A program made the translations under genes and the position numbers. A stretch of DNA of 64,000 nucleotides from an uncultured virus (IMG/VR IMGVR_UViG_3300030060_003999) (lineage: Duplodnaviria > Heunggongvirae > Uroviricota > Caudoviricetes), in IMG/VR virus record IMGVR_UViG_3300030060_003999, positions 1 through 64,000 of that record; one strand, given 5' to 3'. Positions 57,607 through 64,000 of this stretch are shown here, one piece after another (position 1 is the stretch's first letter; each line of letters starts with the position of its first letter). A model generated the notes under the pieces. That model saw only the letters and a program-made list of their open reading frames with translations, made no database searches and was not told the DNA's origin.

Positions 57607-58113
57607 TCATTCTTCTTCTTGACCTCCTTCAGCAGATTTAACCGCAGGTGGGGTCATTGTCGGGATTTCACCGTTCATAGAACCATCCCAACGACCTTCT
57701 TTGTAGCCCTTTACAAGCGCATTATACGCTTGCTTAGAGTAATGCGTGGCCAAAGCCTCAACATCAGCGTAAGCACCACCAGTTCTACCATGAGGCAAAA
57801 CAGTAGCCAAAACGACTTCGGAGTTAGTAATACCCGCAAAGGCAGTATAAACCGCATTCTTCACAGAAAGAGCATTTTGCTCCACTTCGTCGGGTAGAGC
57901 CGATTCTCGGCCACGACGGGCTTTTGGGAAGTCATCATAGATGCTCCCAATTGAACGAATAGCAGTCCAATAGGTTGAACGCATATCGTCGTCTTTCGTA
58001 TTATTTCCAAGCATAATAGACAATTCAATAGCCTTGCCATTATCCCCTCTTTCTTCTCGCTCAAGCCATAGACTGACTTCAGTTGTGTTTTTTATCCAAT
58101 TCTTCTCATTCAT
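57607..58113 (-). CDS. early protein, paralog family A (copy 1)
   Basis: RSTYWTAIRSIGS..FPKARRGRES..PHGRTGG is shared with 59128-59667; start MNEKNW after GGAGGT. Confidence 0.8.
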   Translation of the reverse strand: MNEKNWIKNTTEVSLWLEREERGDNGKAIELSIMLGNNTKDDDMRSTYWTAIRSIGSIYDDFPKARRGRESALPDEVEQNALSVKNAVYTAFAGITNSEVVLATVLPHGRTGGAYADVEALATHYSKQAYNALVKGYKEGRWDGSMNGEIPTMTPPAVKSAEGGQEEE

Positions 58114-58256
58114 AATAATTACCTCCAATAAAGGAATTACGCTTCAATACCCTGCGAAGCACTAATACGGACGATGAGCCGTATAAGGTTGTAATTAAAC
58201 AAGCGCAAAGCGATTACAACCATATGGTAATACTTTGGTTATTGCCCCGAAGGGTC

Positions 58257-58577
58257 TTAACTCCACTCTTGCGGTTCATATCCGCCAGTATCACGGTTAT
58301 AATGCATCATAATGAGCCGAACAGGTGCAAAACTCATTCTCTTTCGCCATGTTAGCAAGAAAGATGTCAATGCAGGAGTTAATCCAGTAATGTAAAGTTT
58401 TACCACATTAACCAATTCCATTCTACTAATAAACTCCCTTGAAGTAGTTTCAAGAGCCTCAAAGTCCAAAGGATTTTCAATAGGTTCATCAAAGATATAA
58501 GCATCAATAATTTCACCATTACTGTTCTTAAGTTCGTGTCGTCCAGCGCAAAGTCCTACTTCAAGTGTTGTTAGCAT
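58257..58577 (-). CDS. leaderless early protein with a small alpha/beta fold
   Basis: Start MLTTLEVGLCAGRH about 27 nt downstream of a CCTTATG box; LYITGLTPAL...MHYNRDTGGY. Confidence 0.7.
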   Translation of the reverse strand: MLTTLEVGLCAGRHELKNSNGEIIDAYIFDEPIENPLDFEALETTSREFISRMELVNVVKLYITGLTPALTSFLLTWRKRMSFAPVRLIMMHYNRDTGGYEPQEWS

Positions 58578-58724
58578 AATAGGCGTTAAATGAGTTGTAT
58601 TACATAAGGTTATCCAAAGAACAACCATATGGTGTGGCTTTGGCTTAACCCGAAGGAAAGCCTTTTTAATTCATGCTTAGGAATGAGCACTTTTACATCA
58701 GCAGATGCTCAGGATGGCAGTTTT

Positions 58725-59015
58725 TCATTGAATAAGAACCCAGCCCCCATTCCACTCTTTACCGTTCAAAAACCATAGGAAATTCTTTTGATGAACGGAA
58801 ACATTAGGCAAACCGTTTAAGCGTTCCTTTGTTGTCGTTGTTTGCCATCCACCGTCGCTTATGTATAAAGCACCATCAACCGCATATTCAGCAATCATAT
58901 TACCATGTAGGTATAAACCACATGAATTATGAAATACCTTAACTTCTGTATTTCCTCGCTTAAAGGTTTGTCTGTTTCTAAAGGCTCTTATTGCGTCTTC
59001 TGTAATCTTTCGCAT
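58725..59015 (-). CDS. leaderless conserved-looking viral protein
   Basis: LYLHGNMIA...DGGWQTTTTKERLN pattern familiar from marine phage proteins. Confidence 0.7.
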   Translation of the reverse strand: MRKITEDAIRAFRNRQTFKRGNTEVKVFHNSCGLYLHGNMIAEYAVDGALYISDGGWQTTTTKERLNGLPNVSVHQKNFLWFLNGKEWNGGWVLIQ

Positions 59016-59127
59016 GATAACCGCATAAATCAGTATTATATGTCAGGGTAGACCAAAGCACTACCATATGGTTTGACTTTGTGTAAACCCCCCGAAAGGG
59101 GCGACAAGGGGCGAATTCCTTGCCGAA

Positions 59128-59667
59128 TCACTCTTCTTCCTGCACCTCCGCAGAATCCTCGCTCTTTGAAGGGCGAGGCGTGATTTGTAGCATACCTTCC
59201 GAATCAAGGTCAAATTCCCCTTCATCAGTCAATGCGATACGACCATCTTTCAATGATTGCATAATGTAGTTATGTGCTTGTTTCTTGTAGTTGGCAATCA
59301 TTTCATCCACTGATGAATAAACTCCACCAGTTCGCCCGTGAGGGACAATTACGGATAGAAGGATTGCGTGGTATTCAGTAGGGATTGAAGCATAGGCATC
59401 CGCTACCTTTTGTTCCACAGTCGCCAATACAATCTCTTGTGCGTCTGTAAGTGTTGATTCTCTCCCACGACGAGCCTTCGGAAAATTAGCCATAGTAGAG
59501 CCAATAGACCTAATTGCTGTCCAATAAGTGCTTCTTAGTTCATCAGTCGTTGCATTATCACCCAATGTTAGGGATAATAGAACGGCTTGTAGATTATCCG
59601 ATTCGGGTTGGCTTTCAGCCCATGCACGAACCTTGCTTGTGTTCATATTCCAATTCTTAATTTTCAT
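59128..59667 (-). CDS. early protein, paralog family A (copy 2)
   Basis: Shares motifs with 57607-58113; start MKIKNW after GGAGGT. Confidence 0.8.
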   Translation of the reverse strand: MKIKNWNMNTSKVRAWAESQPESDNLQAVLLSLTLGDNATTDELRSTYWTAIRSIGSTMANFPKARRGRESTLTDAQEIVLATVEQKVADAYASIPTEYHAILLSVIVPHGRTGGVYSSVDEMIANYKKQAHNYIMQSLKDGRIALTDEGEFDLDSEGMLQITPRPSKSEDSAEVQEEE

Positions 59668-59818
59668 GTTTTTTACCTCCAGTTTGGTGTTCTTCAAGTC
59701 TTTCGCCCCTTGAAGCACTATTGACGATTATAGGTAGTATAAGGTCTTAATTACAAAGTAATACAACCATATGGTTTGCTTTGTCTTACCCAATGGGTTT
59801 TACCCCAAAGGAGAAGAA

Positions 59819-60094
59819 TCACGCCCATTCTTCTTGAAATACCTCCATAAGTGGACTGGTTGCGTCAAAGAGAGCATCTATGAGTTTATCCTTAAGTGCG
59901 CTCATAACTTCAATATCAACCACATTCTTGAATTCTTCAGCAATCAACTCAAATACGAACAAATGGAACATACCTTCCTCATCACGCATTTCAAAGGACA
60001 TATCACGGATAATAGCCTTTTCAAAACCTTCCCTCATGAAATTGTCCATTCCGTCGCTGATTGTTGTTAATGCTTGCACACACTTCTTACACAT
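59819..60094 (-). CDS. leaderless acidic early protein
   Basis: ATG about 22 nt downstream of an ACCCTATA box; N-terminal CKKC. Confidence 0.65.
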   Translation of the reverse strand: MCKKCVQALTTISDGMDNFMREGFEKAIIRDMSFEMRDEEGMFHLFVFELIAEEFKNVVDIEVMSALKDKLIDALFDATSPLMEVFQEEWA

Positions 60095-60184
60095 GATATA
60101 CGGCTAAATGAGGAATATAGGGTTTGATTCCCCAAAGATTCACCAAACCATATGGTGTTGCTTTGCTATAAACCCGTAAAGGGG

Positions 60185-60558
60185 GCACAGGGAAGTATCT
60201 ATATTGTAATTGAGATTTTTATACATATGTGCCGTTTTACAGCCTCTATCATCGCTTTCACATCGCTTAAGGGCATAAATGGAGTAAAGGGTGGGATAGT
60301 GGAATGACTACCACTAAGTATGATGCGATTAGGTCGCACTCATGTAGGACGCTTATATTTATCATATGAGCCATACTGCCTTGTTTATGAAGATGGTTGG
60401 AGCCATCCGCCTTTTGAGCCTTAATCACTTTCATAGAGCCAAAACCGCACCCATACGGGCATAAGCGTTGGATATGTCGCACCACACGAAAACAAGCACA
60501 TTACCCCCGTCCAAGAGGGTATTCTGTCAATCCCTGTCGGCTCATGACTTCCGACATA
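60185..60558 (-). ncRNA. putative structured non-coding RNA (~375 nt) filling a whole cassette
   Basis: Has the cassette promoter box and 3' hairpin but no credible ORF; several local and nested long-range helices (see findings). Confidence 0.55.
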
Positions 60559-60660
60559 TACACGGCTATTAAGCCGTATAGGGTTTTCGTCCTCAAAGTT
60601 CACTACAACCATATGGTTATGCTTTGCACTAACCCTGCCCCTTACGGGGACTTACGGGTT

Positions 60661-60909
60661 TTAATCGTCTAAACCTCTCTCTTTCCACTCTTGATACTTT
60701 TGGTCTTCATAATCAGCCTTAACCTGTTCATGGTCTACAAAGCCCATTTGGTCAACAATAGAATAAACAACATCATAAAGAATGAGTGCGTCAGCATTCA
60801 GTAGTTCCCAAAACAAATCCATAATATCGTCTTGACTCAATTTATCTTGAATCAAAGAACTTACATCATCATATCCTGCCCAGTTTAGCATTGTTTCTAT
60901 ATCTGCCAT
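60661..60909 (-). CDS. acidic early protein
   Basis: ORF track; TAATG coupling to the upstream ORF. Confidence 0.7.
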   Translation of the reverse strand: MADIETMLNWAGYDDVSSLIQDKLSQDDIMDLFWELLNADALILYDVVYSIVDQMGFVDHEQVKADYEDQKYQEWKERGLDD

Positions 60910-61037
60910 TATTCTTCACTCTCCAATTCCGATAACCAATCATCAACCACTTGAGCCACATAATCGGGCATATCTGCGCTATTGTAGGTTTCACCATTTT
61001 CTAAAGTGATTTCAATACTCCATGCGATAACTTTCAT
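60909..61037 (-). CDS. small acidic protein (42 aa, not in ORF track)
   Basis: MKVIAWSIEITLENGETY...WLSELESEE; GGAGGGG RBS; overlaps both neighbours by 1 nt. Confidence 0.65.
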   Translation of the reverse strand: MKVIAWSIEITLENGETYNSADMPDYVAQVVDDWLSELESEE

Positions 61038-61756
61038 CAATTACCCCTCCTTGCTTCTCTAACTTGCTTAATAATGTCGGGAGTGCATTCCGAGCGTGAT
61101 TCAGTCTTAGCGTCAAAATGACAGTCAATAGCAACATCTTCAACATCATAGCCAAACTTTTTGAGTTTAAGTCGGCCTTCAACAAGTTTTTGGATTTTAC
61201 CCATGTCATTTAGAACGGTTTGAACCATAGCATCTTCAATAGCCTCTTTTCGCTGAACATTCGCTTGTTCCCAAACAACTCGGAAACGAAGAACCATTCC
61301 GTTGTAATCGTTTTCAAGATAGACAAACATCTTAGCACCATTATCATAAGTAATGTGATTCAATCCCCAAGTATTGAAGTTTTTAACTTCTCCATCAAGG
61401 TCAAATCCGAAAGTAAGCATTGTTCCTTCGGGTTCAGCCCACTTTTGCGTATTAACGGTAGTTTTGATTTGATTATAGTGAGCATCTTTGTGAAGGTTGT
61501 AAAGACCATCAGTAATGATTTTTGCATCAAATTCATAATCAACAGTAAATTGCACTTGTTCATTGATAACAATTCCATAAACGGTTGTATTATCTTCAAC
61601 ATGGATATAGCCATAATTATCGGTATCAACAGACCCATAGGTGTCAATTGTATAAACACCCTTTTCAGCCAACGCACCATTTAGTTTGTTAAAATCTTGT
61701 TCATTCAGTTTATTTCCGTAGTTAATTTTCATTGTTCTTACATATTGTATAGACAT
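61037..61756 (-). CDS. hypothetical early protein
   Basis: 239-aa ORF with GAGGT RBS and an ACCTTATA box upstream. Confidence 0.7.
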   Translation of the reverse strand: MSIQYVRTMKINYGNKLNEQDFNKLNGALAEKGVYTIDTYGSVDTDNYGYIHVEDNTTVYGIVINEQVQFTVDYEFDAKIITDGLYNLHKDAHYNQIKTTVNTQKWAEPEGTMLTFGFDLDGEVKNFNTWGLNHITYDNGAKMFVYLENDYNGMVLRFRVVWEQANVQRKEAIEDAMVQTVLNDMGKIQKLVEGRLKLKKFGYDVEDVAIDCHFDAKTESRSECTPDIIKQVREARRGN

Positions 61757-61829
61757 ATTATTACCTCAACATAGGGCTGATTAGAGCGTATAAGGTCTTA
61801 GATGTGCAAAGCAATCACAACCATATGGG

Positions 61830-62500
61830 CTTGAATATATCGTAAAGCGTAGGTTTAGCGTAATTCAAAGTATATCTTTTCCTATTAACAGGGATAATAA
61901 TTCACCCTCCCGATTACCAGTAACTCCATTGGGTCATTCCCAATTGGGCTTATATTAATTCGTATTCATATACTTATACTAATATAGTATTATATTAAAG
62001 TAATTTAGGTTTCTCATCGTCTTGAGCAAGTGAGAAAACAAAGTCAAGCAAGAATCTTAGGGGTTATGTAGACATAAGTATATATTATTTTTACTTTTAT
62101 CAATATTCTCATTTCTCATTCATTCATTCATTCTTCTACTACTACTTAACCGTCCAATAATCCTTTACTTATGCTATCATTTTCTTATGGGTTATGTATC
62201 TTAGAGGGAGAGAGGCTTATGAGAATCGTGAGAAATGAGAAAAGTGAGAAACCTCGCAAACAAATGGAAGTTTCTAAACAGTTATGCTACATAGACTAGT
62301 AGATTCTTAGTTTATCGTATCTTGAGAATCTTCTCAAGGATGATAATTCATATGAAAAAATCCCACTTTCAACGGCCTGATGCTAAACTGTAAATCATTT
62401 CAATTAATCTTAACAGGGCGAAATGCAAATCAATTAATTAAAATAGAATCGTTTGAAAAGCCCCTGACCTCTTTCGTAGAGATAAGAAAAAAGTTGTAAA
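61830..62500. other. non-coding divergent region with TGAGAA repeats; candidate replication origin or genome end
   Basis: No credible ORF; transcription diverges here; clustered TGAGAA/TTCTCA copies. Confidence 0.45.
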
Positions 62501-62541
62501 TTTCGTAGCAACGAAAAATCGGAGGGTTTGCGAAAGGGTTG

Positions 62542-62549
62542 TTTATATA
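62542..62549 (+). promoter_or_regulatory. archaeal TATA box for rightward transcription
   Basis: TTTATATA preceded by purine-rich GAAAGGG, about 50 nt upstream of the ATG at 62599. Confidence 0.6.
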
Positions 62550-62598
62550 CCCTATCAATAGTGGTAAGTTTGCCCGAAAAGGGCGGAGTTGAAAAAAC

Positions 62599-63066
62599 AT
62601 GGATAACACACAATGGGATTCACTTTGTATTGAAGTGAACGAATACCTTGAAGCCGACACAACTTTGGATGCTGGATTGCGCCAAGTTGTTGAATTGAAC
62701 CTGCAAATTGGAACAAATAACCCAAATGAGCGAAATGCTGCTGAAGGCGCATTAAAGGCTCTATTAAAGGGTAGAGATGGAACACCTTTCCGAAGGGGTC
62801 AGAAATCTGCTGTTCCTGCAAGCGTTAGAGTAGCAATTGACCGCATTTGCGGTGTTGTTGAAGAAGCAAGCGTTCAATACTACAACCACGATGCAATTAT
62901 TGGGGCTATCTCAATGAAGCACATTAAGTCTGGTGGCGGTCAATATGAGGATGCTGATGATTATGCTTCAGCAGTCGTTAAAAGAACCCGTAATAACCTA
63001 AGTAAGATGTTTAAGGAAGGAAACTGGGATGGTTCAGTTGAAAGCCTTTTACCATCTTCCGAGTAA
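62599..63066 (+). CDS. early protein, divergent member of paralog family A (copy 3)
   Basis: PFRRGQKSAVP matches PKARRGRESALP; HIKSGGGQY matches HGRTGGAY; FKEGNWDGS matches YKEGRWDGS. Confidence 0.75.
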   Translation: MDNTQWDSLCIEVNEYLEADTTLDAGLRQVVELNLQIGTNNPNERNAAEGALKALLKGRDGTPFRRGQKSAVPASVRVAIDRICGVVEEASVQYYNHDAIIGAISMKHIKSGGGQYEDADDYASAVVKRTRNNLSKMFKEGNWDGSVESLLPSSE

Positions 63067-63271
63067 GGTAAAAACGGTCTTTACACGCCTTTCAGGTCTT
63101 TGACCTGAACAACGGGGTTTTAGAGTCTAAGGATTCTTTAACCGTAATTATCAAGATTTATCTTGGTAAATGCCGAATCATGGGGGAGTTCGCTCCCCTG
63201 TGATTCCCCCCTTTACAACATGAGGGGAGAAACTAGATTGCAGGTTTCTCCCCTCGCCTTGAGGGATAATA

Positions 63272-63520
63272 ATGCGTTTAGTTGAAGAAGTATATGTTAA
63301 AGCCGAAAAGGATGAAATCTGCCAAAAGTGCGGAATTGATATTCCTAAAGGTTCAAACCATTTATTAGAAACATATGTGCATAAAGGCACTATTTCAACA
63401 AGTCATTACTGCCTCAAGAAAAGATGCAATCCCATCAACAATCTACGATTAAGGTTGTTTTGGGGAAGTATTATCGCAGGACTCACATCGTGGGTCGTTT
63501 ATCTTCATTGGTTCAATTGA
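63272..63520 (+). CDS. small zinc-finger protein with a C-terminal TM helix
   Basis: KAEKDEICQKCG..IPKG...HYC; hydrophobic C-terminus. Confidence 0.65.
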   Translation: MRLVEEVYVKAEKDEICQKCGIDIPKGSNHLLETYVHKGTISTSHYCLKKRCNPINNLRLRLFWGSIIAGLTSWVVYLHWFN

Positions 63521-63675
63521 GAATCATTACTTCTTATTCAATCAAAGTTTGACCCCCTCCCCCCGCACCTTATACGGCATGGGGTCGGTCTATATGTTGA
63601 ACAGTATGCAAAGCGTGAGGTTTTTCATCCACACGAAATTAATTAGCATGGATTTCTTTTTGTTCAATTTAATAC

Positions 63676-63759
63676 GCTGAGATGGCTGAGTTTGGTTAAA
63701 AGCGCAGGGCTTAAACTCCTGTCCGAAATGGTTCGCAGGTTCAAATCCTGCTCTCAGCA
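63676..63759 (+). tRNA. trnL: tRNA-Leu (anticodon UAA), no encoded CCA
   Basis: Acceptor stem GCTGAGA/TCTCAGC plus discriminator A; anticodon arm CAGGG-CTTAAAC-TCCTG; long variable arm; T-arm GCAGG-TTCAAAT-CCTGC. Confidence 0.92.
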
Positions 63760-64000
63760 CTTTATATTCTAATTAACAACTTTCCTGTTAGGAGGTTCTG
63801 TCAAATTTGACAGAAAAAAAGAGGAAAGTTAGCAAAACACACATGGCCGAAGTTGTAGGAAAAGGGGCGACTTTGGGAAGTATCAGATAATTACAAGCAA
63901 TTTACCTCCTGCGACATAATTATCTATTTCCTCCTTCGGCCACCTATTCCCAATATTTATTGGAGGTAATTAAAATGATAACAGGAACACAAGAACAAGA

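Larger units (their letters stand above)
57328..61828. repeat. nine dispersed palindromic elements CAAAG-Nx-ACCATATGGT-Nx-CTTTG bounding gene cassettes
   Basis: Cores at 57333 (CCATATGG), 57537, 58219, 58624, 59063, 59766, 60147, 60608 and 61820; all intergenic once ORF starts are corrected. Confidence 0.9.

Noticed and set aside
58640..58724. Hammerhead ribozyme in the 3' UTR (CTGATG seen on the - strand)
   Set aside because: The core reads CTGATGT rather than CTGANGA and there is no correctly placed GAAA; only simple hairpins are supported.
60267..60612. Short - strand ORFs 60267-60485 and 60421-60612 as proteins
   Set aside because: They have no RBS, one starts inside the palindrome upstream of the promoter box, and their composition is atypical. 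RNA structure explains the region better.
57328..61828. CRISPR array interpretation of the ACCATATGGT repeats
   Set aside because: The repeats are short and degenerate outside the core, the intervals are 200-1200 bp and contain genes, and no cas genes are present.
63676..63759. tRNA as a provirus attachment site
   Set aside because: No integrase, duplicated tRNA 3' end or host genes are visible in the window.

Overview
This window is part of an AT-rich tailed dsDNA virus genome. Archaeal-type signals (GGAGG/GGTGA ribosome-binding sites, TATA boxes, leaderless ORFs) and archaeal-type genes (PriL-like C-terminus, ERCC4/XPF nuclease, MCM-like ATPase, ATP-dependent ligase) point to an archaeal host. 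The gene set and order resemble marine Group II (Poseidoniales) 'magroviruses'; this is inferred, not database-checked. Layout: 1-3.5 kb is the end of a + strand replication module. 3.5-57 kb is a long - strand late region: tail and fibre genes, tape measure, tail chaperones with a -1 frameshift site, tail tube, head-tail adaptor, an Arf-like small GTPase next to membrane proteins, HK97-type capsid and protease, DNA ligase, portal, a LAGLIDADG protein, terminase, and about 20 ORFs sharing an N-terminal W-x-x-(I/L/V)-(I/L/V)-K peptide. 57.3-61.8 kb is an array of short transcription cassettes, each bounded by a palindromic CAAAG..ACCATATGGT..CTTTG element with a TATA-like box and a hairpin. One cassette appears to hold a ~375-nt structured ncRNA, and two paralogous cassettes have covarying complementary 5'/3' UTR loops. 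61.8-64 kb holds an origin-like divergent region, structured non-coding DNA and tRNA-Leu(UAA). All calls come from reading motifs by eye; no searches were run.
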